Shown piece by piece: positions 48,705 through 59,132 of a DNA stretch of 64,000 nucleotides. The DNA is from an uncultured Pelagibacteraceae bacterium (lineage in GTDB: Bacteria > Pseudomonadota > Alphaproteobacteria > Pelagibacterales > Pelagibacteraceae). Under the pieces are notes generated by a model. It was not told the DNA's origin. It saw only the letters and a program-made list of their open reading frames with translations, and did not search any database. Every line of letters starts with the position of its first letter. Within the stretch, counting starts at the first letter, position 1. Made by a program: the position numbers and the translations under genes. The stretch is taken from contig CACGAB010000001.1 of assembly GCA_902570915.1 (NCBI GenBank), forward strand, positions 60,048-124,047, read 5' to 3'.

Positions 48705-50159
48705 TCAACATAGTTTTTGAATAAAACTATATCCAGAAAATTTTGGAGCGTAATATAGTAAAAAGTAATTGTCCTTGTTAAGTTCAATATAGTCCTTTTT
48801 GTTAAGTTTCTTTAATTCACAAACTTCATTATCAATGTTCAAATTGAACTTATTATCTAATATGTTGTTAGAATTGACAAAAAAATAAAAAATAACAAAG
48901 CTATATATAAACATGTTATATTTTAATTTCTGAGAGTTTATCGAAACAATAAACAATAGAACAATTAAGGAAAAGATATCAAGATAAAACCCTCCTTTAG
49001 ATGATAGAATAATCTTATAAAGAAAATAAATTGATAATAGAAGTAGATTTAAATAAAGATTATTATCTCTCTTTAAGTAAATTAAAAAAACTGAGAATAT
49101 CAATAATATTATTTGTAAAAAATCAAATTTCATACTTTTAAGAGTCACAAATATGTTTTTAAATAAGAAACTAGTTTCAGCTGAGTGATGTTGAAAAAAA
49201 AAGTATGGATTAATAACAGCTAAAATTTTTTGATGATTTAATGCTTGACTAAACATAAAAATCAAACCTAGCAAAATACCGACAATGAAAAATGATAAAT
49301 ACTTATATTTTTCATCATTTTTTAAGGATCTAAAATATTCAGAGTAAAAGAAATAGAATGAAATATAAATTACGTTATTAGTGATGAAGTACATCAGGTC
49401 AAAAGAGTATAAAATCGAGAAAATAATTGTTAAAAAATTGATTATAAAAAATAAAATAATTGAATCTTTATTTATGAAAATATCTTTTATCAAAAAATTT
49501 AAAGACTTGTTTTTTCTAAAATAGATAAGAGCTGGGATCATTAAGAAAAGAGGCATCGTTATTATTTTTGAAAATAATGACATACACAGAAAAAAACCAG
49601 AAATACAAATAGGAATGTTCTTTTTTTTAGCATGACTTGCATAGAGTAAAAAAAAGGTAGAAATGAAATAAAATGTAAGACTTTCAAAATCAAATCTATA
49701 TCTTTGTATATTATCTAAGTATTGATTAGATATTATTAGTAATAATGATAAAGAAAGAGCTATTTTACTTTCTAAATTTAGGTAGGTGAGTATTTTATAA
49801 AAACATATCGATGAAATTAAACAGTAAAATAATTGAAGAAATTTTAGATATCTATAGATTATATTAAAATTTGTAACAGGATCAGAACTTAAAATTATTT
49901 CATCAAAATTTATTATTATTGTTCTATCAAAAATAGAGATAATCTTTAAATATAACGAGTTAATCGAAAAACTAGAATTCCCTGGATAATCAGTAACATC
50001 TGGTGTAATTGAATTGGAAGTTAATAAAGTATTATAAATAAAATAAATATTTTCAAAATCTCCCTCAAGCCAATTTATTAGCGGATTTTTTAAAAAAAAA
50101 ATAATCATTGGTGATATTAGAAGGATAAATATTACGTAATAAAATTTTTTTTCTAACAT
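48705..50159 (-). CDS. Polytopic membrane protein, probable GT-C-fold glycosyltransferase
   Basis: About 11-13 hydrophobic segments, early acidic loop (EGDFE), DYPG, RFDFES, F-S-K motif as in ArnT/PMT-like enzymes; neighbours a GT2. Confidence 0.55.
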   Translation of the reverse strand: MLEKKFYYVIFILLISPMIIFFLKNPLINWLEGDFENIYFIYNTLLTSNSITPDVTDYPGNSSFSINSLYLKIISIFDRTIIINFDEIILSSDPVTNFNIIYRYLKFLQLFYCLISSICFYKILTYLNLESKIALSLSLLLIISNQYLDNIQRYRFDFESLTFYFISTFFLLYASHAKKKNIPICISGFFLCMSLFSKIITMPLFLMIPALIYFRKNKSLNFLIKDIFINKDSIILFFIINFLTIIFSILYSFDLMYFITNNVIYISFYFFYSEYFRSLKNDEKYKYLSFFIVGILLGLIFMFSQALNHQKILAVINPYFFFQHHSAETSFLFKNIFVTLKSMKFDFLQIILLIFSVFLIYLKRDNNLYLNLLLLSIYFLYKIILSSKGGFYLDIFSLIVLLFIVSINSQKLKYNMFIYSFVIFYFFVNSNNILDNKFNLNIDNEVCELKKLNKKDYIELNKDNYFLLYYAPKFSGYSFIQKLC

Positions 50160-50213
50160 AATCAAATTTTACTTTATTTTATTTATTTTATATTTGCATG
50201 AGTTATTTTATTT

Positions 50214-50358
50214 ATGAATAAAGAAATCAAAATGATACAAAGATATAGATCTATAGGATCATCAAAAATGGAAATAAAACATTGGTTTCACGGATTAGCA
50301 TAGTTATTTGTAATTTTTTAAAGATTTATTCAATATTAGTTATAAAAAGTGAAATTAT
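50214..50358 (+). pseudogene. Degenerate remnant of the GT2 3' end (direct repeat copy 2)
   Basis: Translates MNKEIKMIQRYRSIGSSKMEIKHWFHGLA* versus IKEIKMVQKYRSIGTSKMEIKHWFHGLYYL in the intact gene; premature TAG, then loss of frame. Confidence 0.85.
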
Positions 50359-50375
50359 TCGTTTTTTAAAAATAA

Positions 50376-51380
50376 CTAATTATGAAAAGACCTTTTTAAT
50401 TTTTTTTTATTTAGAAAAACTTGCCATCTTTTTTCCTCCAAAATTATCTGACGGATATTAGAGTTTTTTGGTGACCATTTAAGCTTAGATTTAGCTTTTG
50501 TAATATCACAAATCAATTTGTCAATATCACCTTTTCTATTTTTTTTTATTTTAATTACAGGAATTTTTTTAAAAACTTTACAGCATTGATTTACTATTTC
50601 ATTAACTGATAAAGTTTTTCCCGCTCCCAAATTAAATATTACGTTTTTATTTTTATCTAAATATTTTATAGAAAGCATAATACCACTAACAATATCTCTA
50701 ATATGGATATAATCTCTTAAACATGTGCCGTCAAATGTATTAAATTTATTTCCGTAGATATTGATTGGCTTATTCTTCAAAAGTGAATTAACTATTTTTG
50801 GAATTAAATGAGTCTCAGGATTATGAAATTCGCCAATATCATTTTTCAAAGCAGAACAAACGTTAAAAAATCTTAATATACAGTAATTTATTTTTGTCTT
50901 TTTGAATTCTTTAATTATAAATTTTTCATTTTGAAGCTTTGTCCAGCCGTAAAGATTATCAGGATATAATTCATCATTTTCATTTAAACTTTTATTATTT
51001 TGTTTGTAAACCGCCGCTGTGCTAGAAAAAATAAATTTTTGGATATTTAAAAACTTTGATAATTTAACTATGTTTTTTGTACCAAGAATATTGTCTTTAA
51101 AATAATTACTTTTCTTCTTTTCTATAAAATCTATTGTAGATTGAGCAGCTAAGTGAACTATTATGTCTGGATTTATCTCAGTTACTTTTTCTTTTAATTT
51201 TTTATAATTAGATAAGTCACATCTGATATGTGTAACATTATTTTCATTTAAAAATTGATTTTTAATTTTTTTATCTAATGTATAAATTATAAAATTTTTA
51301 CAAGCTATCTTTGAAAAACAAGATGCAATATACCCACTGCCACCTGTAACTAGAATTTTTTTTTTATTTATTAATGTCAT
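50376..51380 (-). CDS. NAD-dependent epimerase/dehydratase, GalE-like
   Basis: VTGGSGYI, HLAA, FSSTAAVY, YGWTK (YxxxK), RFFNV, ETHLIP, DGTCLRDYIH. Confidence 0.85.
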   Translation of the reverse strand: MTLINKKKILVTGGSGYIASCFSKIACKNFIIYTLDKKIKNQFLNENNVTHIRCDLSNYKKLKEKVTEINPDIIVHLAAQSTIDFIEKKKSNYFKDNILGTKNIVKLSKFLNIQKFIFSSTAAVYKQNNKSLNENDELYPDNLYGWTKLQNEKFIIKEFKKTKINYCILRFFNVCSALKNDIGEFHNPETHLIPKIVNSLLKNKPINIYGNKFNTFDGTCLRDYIHIRDIVSGIMLSIKYLDKNKNVIFNLGAGKTLSVNEIVNQCCKVFKKIPVIKIKKNRKGDIDKLICDITKAKSKLKWSPKNSNIRQIILEEKRWQVFLNKKKLKRSFHN

Positions 51381-51435
51381 TATTGTTATATATAATCAAA
51401 ATTATTAATTAAAATAGATTAAGCATTAAAATAAG

Positions 51436-52743
51436 ATGAATTACTTTAAATACTTTAGATTTAATCTTAATGAATTATCAAATTATCATTTATTGTTATT
51501 GTATATTTGTTTTTTGATAATATCTTTAATACCTCTAATTATATATTTGAGTATTTATTTAGAAAAATTTCCAGAAATGATTAATAGTGATAATCACTTA
51601 ATTTTAAAATCATTGCATTTTGATTATGGCAGTCTATTGAATAATCTATATGAAAATGGCCAATATGTTCAAAAAATAGGTACTTTTGAAATTAATTTTC
51701 ACTTAGCAAGAATGCCATTTTATCCCTTTTTTTTTCTTTTTCTTTCTAAAATTAGTTTAAACTTTTATTTTATCTTTTTTGTTAAAAATATTTTTTTATT
51801 TTCTGTAATTTTTTATTCTGTATTAAATTTTTTAAAAATAAATGATAAATTAATTTTTCATTTAATTATTTTTTTAGTTGCTTTTGTTTATGTTCCATAT
51901 AATTTTCATGTATTAGCAACTATTAATTTTGAAGACACTTTTGTCTCTGTTTTCTTTCCGATATTGATTTTTTATTTGAATCAAAGATCTAAATCCATAA
52001 TAATTTTTTCCATACTTATTTTTTCACTATATCTACTTAAATCCTCTTTGTGGATTTTTTGTATCTCATTTACAATTATCTATTTTTTTTTAAATCTTTT
52101 AAGAAATAAGTTTAGCAGAAATAAATATTTTTTTTTTCCTTTATTCATATTATTAATAGCTATTATTAGTTGGGGTACATTTGGTTTAAAAAAATCAGGC
52201 TATTTCCCAATAGGACCAACAATTAGTTCTACTAATACATATTATGCAACATCAATGTTTAATAAAAAGTTTCATAAAAATTACCCCCAAGTTTCTGTAG
52301 ATCAACTACTTAATGAAAAATATAATGATTTAGAATTTAAGAGTGAAAAAAAATTTTATACTTACTTCGCAAAAGAGAATTTTAATTTTTTAAACCAACA
52401 CTATGATCTATATTTAATTGGAGTTTTGAAAAAAATTAATTTTATATTTTTTGGAATCAACAAAGATGGAAATTTAGATCATAACATTGTTCAAGTCCGT
52501 TATTCAAACTTTCCTAATAAAATAATAATGAATTTTGCATTAATTATTGCACTAATGAGTTTCATTAAAAATATAAAAAAAAATAAATTTAGTGAGATTG
52601 ATTTTATATTTTTAGTGATGTTTTTTTTATATACTGCACCTTATATTGTTGCCTGGGCAACTAGCAAACATTTGGTAGCTATTTTTTTATTATCAAAAAT
52701 TTATTTATTGATTAAATTTTTCAAGTTAAAAATTATTGATTAA
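51436..52743 (+). CDS. Polytopic membrane protein, possible GT-C / Gtr-type glycosyltransferase
   Basis: Many TM segments, R-M-P-F-Y-P loop, FED, L-K-S motif; converges on a GtrB-like gene. Confidence 0.5.
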   Translation: MNYFKYFRFNLNELSNYHLLLLYICFLIISLIPLIIYLSIYLEKFPEMINSDNHLILKSLHFDYGSLLNNLYENGQYVQKIGTFEINFHLARMPFYPFFFLFLSKISLNFYFIFFVKNIFLFSVIFYSVLNFLKINDKLIFHLIIFLVAFVYVPYNFHVLATINFEDTFVSVFFPILIFYLNQRSKSIIIFSILIFSLYLLKSSLWIFCISFTIIYFFLNLLRNKFSRNKYFFFPLFILLIAIISWGTFGLKKSGYFPIGPTISSTNTYYATSMFNKKFHKNYPQVSVDQLLNEKYNDLEFKSEKKFYTYFAKENFNFLNQHYDLYLIGVLKKINFIFFGINKDGNLDHNIVQVRYSNFPNKIIMNFALIIALMSFIKNIKKNKFSEIDFIFLVMFFLYTAPYIVAWATSKHLVAIFLLSKIYLLIKFFKLKIID

Positions 52744-53663
52744 TTGATTTTTTCATCAATTATATATTTTGGCCTTTTTTTTACCTCTTGATAAATTCGA
52801 CCAACATATTCACTTATTAGACCTAGAATAAAAAAAATTGCTATACTTAAAAAAGAAATTACTAATAATAAACTTGTCCAGCCTCTAATGACATCCCCTG
52901 AAAAATATGAAATTAAAGCGTAAATAGATATTATAATAAAAATAAAAATCATTAAAGTTGTAATAAAAAAAGAAATTCTCATTGGTAAATTTGAAAAATT
53001 AAATATTCCCCTCAATGCATGATCAATCATACTTGATAATGTCATTCCAGTTGTTCCGTGCAATCTTTGTTGTCTTTCAAATTTTACAAAACCAGATTTA
53101 AAGCCTATCCAAGGAATTAAACCTCTAAAAAATATGTCGTTTTCTTCAATTTTTTTTAATTCATTTAAAATTTTTTTATCTATTAATCTAAAGTCTGAAA
53201 CTTGTTGAGGAATTTTAAACTTACAAACTTTATTGAAGATAAAATAAAAAAAATAAGAGCTATATTTTTTAAAAAAATTCTCTCTATTTTTTGTTCTTTG
53301 TGCATAAACAACATTTAGATTTTCATTTTTCATCTTAAATATCATTTCTTTAAGTAATTCAGGTGGATCTTGGAGATCGGCATCTAAAGAAAAAATGTAA
53401 TCTCCATTTGCGTAATCTATTCCAACTTTTAATGCATATTCTTGTCCAAAATTTCTTGCTAATTTTATACTGGTTATTTTGTTATTATCATTTGCAAAAG
53501 AACTGATTTTCTTCCATGTATTATCTGAGGAGCCATCATCAATAAATATTATATTATAATCAAGTTTAACCTCATTCAAACTATTATTTAATCTCTTTAA
53601 GAATTCATCTAAATTATTTTCTTCATTAAAACAGGGAACAATAACTGAAATTTTTTTTACCAT
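52740..53663 (-). CDS. GT2 bactoprenol glycosyltransferase (GtrB/YkoT-like)
   Basis: VPCFNEE, DDGSSD, RNFGQE, DADLQDPPE, SDFRL, two C-terminal TMs, EYVGRIYQEVKKRPKYII. Confidence 0.9.
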   Translation of the reverse strand: MVKKISVIVPCFNEENNLDEFLKRLNNSLNEVKLDYNIIFIDDGSSDNTWKKISSFANDNNKITSIKLARNFGQEYALKVGIDYANGDYIFSLDADLQDPPELLKEMIFKMKNENLNVVYAQRTKNRENFFKKYSSYFFYFIFNKVCKFKIPQQVSDFRLIDKKILNELKKIEENDIFFRGLIPWIGFKSGFVKFERQQRLHGTTGMTLSSMIDHALRGIFNFSNLPMRISFFITTLMIFIFIIISIYALISYFSGDVIRGWTSLLLVISFLSIAIFFILGLISEYVGRIYQEVKKRPKYIIDEKIN

Positions 53664-53815
53664 ATCTATCGAACTTTGCGTAAAAATTATTTTATATCAT
53701 AGAACTATACAGTTTTTTTTATTAAATAATTATTTTAATTTTTTATTATATTGATCAAAAGAGTAATAAACTACAAATAATTAGTATGTACTTGATAATA
53801 TTTCTAGTTAGTTTG

Positions 53816-53891
53816 TGGTGCCCCCGCACGGACTCGAACCGCGGACCTATTGATTACAAATCAATTGCTCTACCAGCTGAGCTACAAGGGC
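53816..53891 (-). tRNA. tRNA-Thr(TGT)
   Basis: Reverse complement GCCCTTGTAGCTCAGCTGGTAGAGCAATTGATTTGTAATCAATAGGTCCGCGGTTCGAGTCCGTGCGGGGGCACCA, 76 nt. Confidence 0.96.
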
Positions 53892-53924
53892 ATGCGCAAT
53901 AATTATTAAGAATTCTTTAATTAA

Positions 53925-54668
53925 TCAACTCTTTTTTTTTAAATAACTTAAATGATGAAATACAATGGCAGCACTATTTGAGATATTTAAGCTTTCAACT
54001 TTACTATCAATGTCTATCTTTACTAAAAAATCAGCATATTTTGATGTGTGTTGGTGCATACCAAATCCCTCAGAGCCGAATAAAAGAATATTATTTCCTT
54101 TCCATTCTATTTTTGTGAAATCTTTGTCACCATTACCATCAAATCCATAAACCCAAAAATTTTTATCTTTAAGATTTTTTAAAGTAGAATTGATATTGGA
54201 TACCTCAAAAATATTTACATACTCAATTGCTCCACTTGAAGCTTTATACATAAGTTTACTTTCATTTGGATAGTGTCTCTCCTTAATAATAATTCCATCG
54301 ATGTTAAAGGATGCTGCACTTCTTATTAAAGCACCAATATTTCTTGGATCTGTTACCCCATCTAAACAAACTAAAGTGACATTATTTTTTTTTTTTATAA
54401 ATTCTTTTAGGATTGGTTTTTCTAAGTGTTCTATCTCAGCAACATATCCTTGATGTAACAAGTTCTCTTTGGTGCTATATTTGTCTAATTCTTTTTTGGT
54501 TTTAAAATAAACCTTTACGTCATTTAATAGGTTTTTGTTTGGGCTTTTTCTGTGTATATTTTTTTTACTTTCCTCTGTTAAAAAAACTCTTAGCACCTTT
54601 CTTTTTGGATTTTTGAGAGCCTCGATAACAGCGTGTTGGCCAACAATGAAAAATGATGATTTATTCAT
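53925..54668 (-). CDS. rlmB: 23S rRNA (Gm2251) methyltransferase
   Basis: GQHAV, HQG, LDGVTDPRNIGA, KASSGA, GSEG, ESLNISNS. Confidence 0.9.
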   Translation of the reverse strand: MNKSSFFIVGQHAVIEALKNPKRKVLRVFLTEESKKNIHRKSPNKNLLNDVKVYFKTKKELDKYSTKENLLHQGYVAEIEHLEKPILKEFIKKKNNVTLVCLDGVTDPRNIGALIRSAASFNIDGIIIKERHYPNESKLMYKASSGAIEYVNIFEVSNINSTLKNLKDKNFWVYGFDGNGDKDFTKIEWKGNNILLFGSEGFGMHQHTSKYADFLVKIDIDSKVESLNISNSAAIVFHHLSYLKKKS

Positions 54669-54798
54669 AAATAATCCTATATTTTACACGTTTTTTTGAA
54701 TATTTTCCTATTAAATCACGTGTTGCATTTGGATAAATAAAATATATAAAACGCATGTTGTTTGAAGCTTTATTGAACAAGGGGACACTTCCCCTAAG

Positions 54799-54884
54799 GG
54801 AGGGGTTCCAGAGCGGTCAAATGGGGCGGGCTGTAAACCCGTTGACTTCGGTCTTCGAAAGTTCGAATCTTTCCCCCTCCACCA
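54799..54884 (+). tRNA. tRNA-Tyr(GTA)
   Basis: GGAGGGG/CCCCTCC acceptor, loop CTGTAAA, long variable arm, GTTCGAAT, CCA. Confidence 0.96.
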
Positions 54885-54928
54885 TTCAATATATTTAAAC
54901 AATACTGGAGTGTTACTCTTGGGGTTGT

Positions 54929-55002
54929 GCGGGTGTAGTTCAATGGTAGAACGCTAGCCTTCCAAGCTGGATGTAAGGGTTCGATTCCCTTTACCCGCTC
55001 CA
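54929..55002 (+). tRNA. tRNA-Gly(TCC)
   Basis: GCGGGTG/TACCCGC acceptor, loop CTTCCAA, GTTCGATT, CCA; 74 nt. Confidence 0.96.
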
Positions 55003-55042
55003 AGAAAATAAATTTAAATTTGAAAAGTGAGGAAAAAAAGTA

Positions 55043-56233
55043 ATGTCGAAAGAAAAATTTGTAAGAAATAAACCACATTGTAACATTGGTACAATTGGTC
55101 ATGTCGATCATGGAAAAACAACTTTAACTGCAGCTATTACCAAAGTTTTATCTGAAACTGGCGGAGCTCAAGCAGTTGCGTATGATCAAATTGATAAAGC
55201 TCCAGAGGAAAAGGAGAGAGGTATCACTATATCTACTGCTCACGTAGAATATGAAACCGAAAAAAGACATTACGCTCACGTAGATTGTCCAGGTCACGCT
55301 GACTATGTAAAAAATATGATTACAGGTGCAGCACAAATGGATGGTGCTATCCTAGTAGTAAATGCTGCAGATGGACCTATGCCACAAACTAGAGAACATA
55401 TTCTTTTGGCAAGACAAGTTGGGGTTCCAGCAATAGTTGTTTATTTGAATAAAGTTGATCAAGTGGATGATAAAGAAATGATTGATCTTGTTGAAGAAGA
55501 AATAAGAGAATTATTAACCTCATATAAATTTCCAGGAGACAAAACTCCTATTGCTAAAGGCTCTGCTCTTGCTGCTGTTGAGGGAAGAGACGAAGAAATA
55601 GGAAAAAAATCTATTATGGAATTAATGAAGAATGTTGATGAGTTCATTCCGCAACCCGATAGACCAAAAGATAAAGATTTTTTGATGCCTGTTGAAGATG
55701 TTTTTTCGATTTCAGGAAGAGGAACTGTTGCTACCGGAAGAGTAGAGTCAGGTGTACTTAAAACTGGTGACGAGATTGAAATTGTTGGTATTAGAGAAAC
55801 AAAAAAATCAGTTTGTACTGGTGTTGAAATGTTTAGAAAACTTTTAGATTCTGGTGAGGCAGGTGATAATGTTGGTGTTCTTTTAAGAGGTGTTGAAAGA
55901 ACTGATATTGAAAGAGGTCAAGTTCTTTGTAAACCAGGATCTGTTACACCGCACACTAAATTTGAAGCTCAGGCTTATGTTCTTAAAAAGGAAGAGGGGG
56001 GCAGACACACTCCTTTCTTCACTAAGTATAGACCACAGTTTTATTTTAGAACAACCGATGTAACTGGAGAAGTTGAGTTACCAGCAGGAACTGAAATGGT
56101 TATGCCAGGTGATGATGCTAAGTTTACAGTGAAATTAATAACTCCAATCGCAATGTCAGAGAAACTTAACTTTGCCATTCGAGAAGGAGGAAGAACTGTA
56201 GGAGCTGGAGTAGTAACAAAGATTATAGAGTAA
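55043..56233 (+). CDS. tuf: Elongation factor Tu
   Basis: [22 protein letters not shown]. Confidence 0.99.
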   Translation: MSKEKFVRNKPHCNIGTIGHVDHGKTTLTAAITKVLSETGGAQAVAYDQIDKAPEEKERGITISTAHVEYETEKRHYAHVDCPGHADYVKNMITGAAQMDGAILVVNAADGPMPQTREHILLARQVGVPAIVVYLNKVDQVDDKEMIDLVEEEIRELLTSYKFPGDKTPIAKGSALAAVEGRDEEIGKKSIMELMKNVDEFIPQPDRPKDKDFLMPVEDVFSISGRGTVATGRVESGVLKTGDEIEIVGIRETKKSVCTGVEMFRKLLDSGEAGDNVGVLLRGVERTDIERGQVLCKPGSVTPHTKFEAQAYVLKKEEGGRHTPFFTKYRPQFYFRTTDVTGEVELPAGTEMVMPGDDAKFTVKLITPIAMSEKLNFAIREGGRTVGAGVVTKIIE

Positions 56234-56242
56234 GCTCTATAT

Positions 56243-56318
56243 AGGAGTGTAGCTCAATTGGTAGAGCGCCGGTCTCCAAAACCGGAGGCTGAGGGTTCGA
56301 GTCCCTCCGCTCCTGCCA
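56243..56318 (+). tRNA. tRNA-Trp(CCA)
   Basis: AGGAGTG/CGCTCCT acceptor, loop CTCCAAA, GTTCGAG, CCA; 76 nt. Confidence 0.96.
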
Positions 56319-56337
56319 AAATAAATTAAATTATAAG

Positions 56338-56529
56338 ATGAGAAACCCAATTAAATTTATTCAGGAAGTTAAACAGGAGGCTTTTAAAGTTACCTGGCCA
56401 ACTGGAAAAGAAACTTTACAAGGTGCATTAATGGTTTCTTTAATGGCAATAGTTATGTCTTTATTTTTTCTTTTATTAGATCAAGCTTTAAAATTTTTCT
56501 TAGATTTATTGTTAAAGGTAAGTATTTAA
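56338..56529 (+). CDS. secE: Preprotein translocase subunit SecE
   Basis: EVKQEAFKVTWP motif, one TM, position between tRNA-Trp and nusG. Confidence 0.93.
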   Translation: MRNPIKFIQEVKQEAFKVTWPTGKETLQGALMVSLMAIVMSLFFLLLDQALKFFLDLLLKVSI

Positions 56530-57059
56530 TGAAAAACTGGTATATAGTTCAGTCTCACTCAAGTTTCGAAAATAAAGTGGCCGGTTTAATAAAAGAGGAA
56601 GCTGATAAAGCGAAAATTTCTGAAAAATTTGAGGAAATAATTGTTCCAACACATGACGTTACTGAGGTTAAAAGAGGCAAAAGAGTCCAAAGAAAGAAAA
56701 AATATTTTCCAGGATATGTTTTGATAAAAAGTGAGATGGATAATAATATTTATCATATGATAAAAAACATTAAGAGAGTAAGTGGTTTTTTAGGAACCAA
56801 AGGTATGCCAGTCCCAGTTTCAGATAAAGAAATAGAAAAGATATTGGGACAAATAAAAGATGGTGTAGCTCAACCAAAATCTGGTATAGAGTACAGCGTT
56901 GGTGAAAAAGTTCAAGTTGTCGACGGACCTTTTGCATCTTTTAATGGCATGGTTGAGGAAATTGATGAAGAGAAATCAAGGCTAAAAGTCTCAGTCTCAA
57001 TTTTTGGAAGACCAACGCCTGTAGAATTGGAATATAACCAGGTAGAGAAAGTTAGTTAA
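56529..57059 (+). CDS. nusG: Transcription factor NusG
   Basis: WYIV, FPGYVL, KOW motif [17 protein letters not shown]. Confidence 0.97.
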   Translation: MKNWYIVQSHSSFENKVAGLIKEEADKAKISEKFEEIIVPTHDVTEVKRGKRVQRKKKYFPGYVLIKSEMDNNIYHMIKNIKRVSGFLGTKGMPVPVSDKEIEKILGQIKDGVAQPKSGIEYSVGEKVQVVDGPFASFNGMVEEIDEEKSRLKVSVSIFGRPTPVELEYNQVEKVS

Positions 57060-57487
57060 TGGCAAAAAAAGAAATAAGTGGATTTATAAAATTACAAATT
57101 AAAGGTGGCCAAGCCAACCCAGCACCACCTGTTGGACCTGCTTTAGGTCAACGTGGAGTGAATATAATGGAATTTTGTAAAGCATTTAATGATAAAACTA
57201 AATCAATGGCAGGCAAACCAGTTCCTGTTGAAATCACTGTTTACAAAGATAAAAAATTTGATTTTAAGATCAAATCTCCACCAGCATCCTTTTTTATAAG
57301 AGAAGCAGCTAAATTAAAAAGTGGATCACAGGAACCCGGAAGAAATATTGTGGCATCAATAACAAAAAAACAAGCAGAAGAAATAGCAAAACAAAAAATG
57401 AATGACTTGAATGCACTGGATTTAGATCAAGCAGTAAAAATTATTGCTGGGTCTGCTAGGTCAATGGGAATAGAGGTTAAGGATTAA
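57059..57487 (+). CDS. rplK: 50S ribosomal protein L11
   Basis: [25 protein letters not shown]. Confidence 0.97.
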   Translation: MAKKEISGFIKLQIKGGQANPAPPVGPALGQRGVNIMEFCKAFNDKTKSMAGKPVPVEITVYKDKKFDFKIKSPPASFFIREAAKLKSGSQEPGRNIVASITKKQAEEIAKQKMNDLNALDLDQAVKIIAGSARSMGIEVKD

Positions 57488-57488
57488 A

Positions 57489-58178
57489 ATGTCTTCAAAA
57501 AGATTTAAAAAATTACCAAAAAAAACTAGCGAAATTCCAGCAGAAACTTTTGATAAGCTGTTATCAGTTGTAAAAAAAAATTGTACGACAAAATTTGACG
57601 AGTCTGTTGATTTAAGTTTTCAAATAAATAATAAGCAAAAGAAAAGTGAAATTAATATTAGGACTGTTGTAAATTTACCAGGAGGCACTGGCAAAAAAGT
57701 AAAAGTTGCTGTTGTCTGTGAAGATTCAAAATCTTCAGACGCAAAAACAGCAGGTGCAGATATTGTAGGAAGTGATGATTTTATTGAAAAAATCAAAGAG
57801 GGAGAAATGAATTTTGATAAATTAATTTGTACACCCGCAATGATGGTTAAACTTTCAAAACTTGGTAAAGTTTTAGGCCCAAAAGGTTTAATGCCCAATC
57901 CAAAACTTGGAACAGTTACTGATGACATTAAAAAAGCTATTACTGATGCAAAATCAGGACAGGCAGAAATTAGAAATGATAAAGATGGGAATATAGGCGT
58001 TAGTATAGGTAAAAAATCGTTTCCTGATGATAAATTGATTAAAAACTTTAATGCAATATTAGAAACACTTGAAAAAGAAAAATCAAACAATACCATTAAA
58101 GGTGATTTAATTCGTTCTGCTTTTATTACATCTACAATGGGTGTTTCATACAGACTAAAATTAGGTAAGAGTATTTAA
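57489..58178 (+). CDS. rplA: 50S ribosomal protein L1
   Basis: KFDESVD, LGPKGLMPNPKLGTV, STMG. Confidence 0.96.
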   Translation: MSSKRFKKLPKKTSEIPAETFDKLLSVVKKNCTTKFDESVDLSFQINNKQKKSEINIRTVVNLPGGTGKKVKVAVVCEDSKSSDAKTAGADIVGSDDFIEKIKEGEMNFDKLICTPAMMVKLSKLGKVLGPKGLMPNPKLGTVTDDIKKAITDAKSGQAEIRNDKDGNIGVSIGKKSFPDDKLIKNFNAILETLEKEKSNNTIKGDLIRSAFITSTMGVSYRLKLGKSI

Positions 58179-58183
58179 TTATT

Positions 58184-58705
58184 ATGATGAATAAAGAGCA
58201 AAAAAAAAATTATATATCTGAAATGACTACTCAGTTTGAAAGTAGTAAAGCAATTGTGGTTACTCATTATCAAGGGTTAACAATGATACAATTAGATGAA
58301 TTAAGATCAAAAATGAGGGAACACGGTATTATTTTCAAAATTACAAAAAATAGAATCACAAAATTAGCTTTGGAAAAAACTAAGTGTAAAGATTTATCAA
58401 ATTTATTTACTGGTCCAACCGCAGTAGCTTTTGGTGATGATGCTATTATGTCAGCAAGAATTTTATCAAAATTTGCAAAAGATAACGAGAATCTCAAATT
58501 AATTGGTGGAATGATGGATAATGAGGTTCTAGATCAAGCTGGAGTATTGAATGTAGCAAATCTACCTACACTTAATGAGGCAAGAGCGAATATTGTGGGT
58601 ATTTTGAGTGCTTCTGCTTCAAAATTGGTTAGTATTTTACTTGCACGATCGGAAAAAATGAGTAATTTACCACCAGAAATTTCTGAAACAAAACCCAAAG
58701 AGTAA
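58184..58705 (+). CDS. rplJ: 50S ribosomal protein L10
   Basis: [16 protein letters not shown]; operon position. Confidence 0.94.
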   Translation: MMNKEQKKNYISEMTTQFESSKAIVVTHYQGLTMIQLDELRSKMREHGIIFKITKNRITKLALEKTKCKDLSNLFTGPTAVAFGDDAIMSARILSKFAKDNENLKLIGGMMDNEVLDQAGVLNVANLPTLNEARANIVGILSASASKLVSILLARSEKMSNLPPEISETKPKE

Positions 58706-58710
58706 TACAT

Positions 58711-59076
58711 ATGTCTGACCTAAATAAAATTATAGAAGATTTATCAAGCTTGACGGTTGCAGAAGCAGCTGAGCTTTCAAAACAACTTGAGGAAAAATGG
58801 GGTGTAACCCCAATGGCCGCAGCAGCACCAGCAGCAGCTGGAAGTGCAGCGCCAGCAGAAGATAAAGATGATTTTTCAATCATGCTTGTCTCTGCAGGTG
58901 ACAAGAAAATAAATGTCATTAAAGAAGTAAGAGCAGCAACATCACTTGGATTAAAAGAAGCTAAAGATTTAGTTGAAGGTGCACCAAAAGAAGTTAAAGC
59001 CGGTGTTCCAAAAAAAGAAGCTGAAGAAATTAAAGCGAAGTTAGAAGCTGCAGGCGCAAAAGTAGAACTTAAGTAA
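58711..59076 (+). CDS. rplL: 50S ribosomal protein L7/L12
   Basis: LEEKWGV, Ala-rich hinge, [18 protein letters not shown]. Confidence 0.97.
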   Translation: MSDLNKIIEDLSSLTVAEAAELSKQLEEKWGVTPMAAAAPAAAGSAAPAEDKDDFSIMLVSAGDKKINVIKEVRAATSLGLKEAKDLVEGAPKEVKAGVPKKEAEEIKAKLEAAGAKVELK

Positions 59077-59095
59077 TTTAAAAGGATTTTTTTAT

Positions 59096-59122
59096 ATACT
59101 GATTAATTTTTTTAGTCAGTAT
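59096..59122 (+). promoter_or_regulatory. Hairpin in the rplL-rpoB spacer
   Basis: ATACTGATTAA-TTTTT-TTAGTCAGTAT, 11-bp stem with one G-U pair. Confidence 0.4.
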
Positions 59123-59132
59123 TGAAGTATAG

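Noticed and set aside
54711-55111. Minus-strand ORFs of 63 and 105 aa
   Set aside because: Antisense shadows of tRNA-Tyr, tRNA-Gly and the tuf start
56224-56241. Hairpin TATAGAG-TAAG-CTCTATA over the tuf stop, and a similar small hairpin before tRNA-Tyr (54780-54795)
   Set aside because: Short stems next to tRNAs, most simply processing/stability elements; no U-tract and no evidence of a separate RNA
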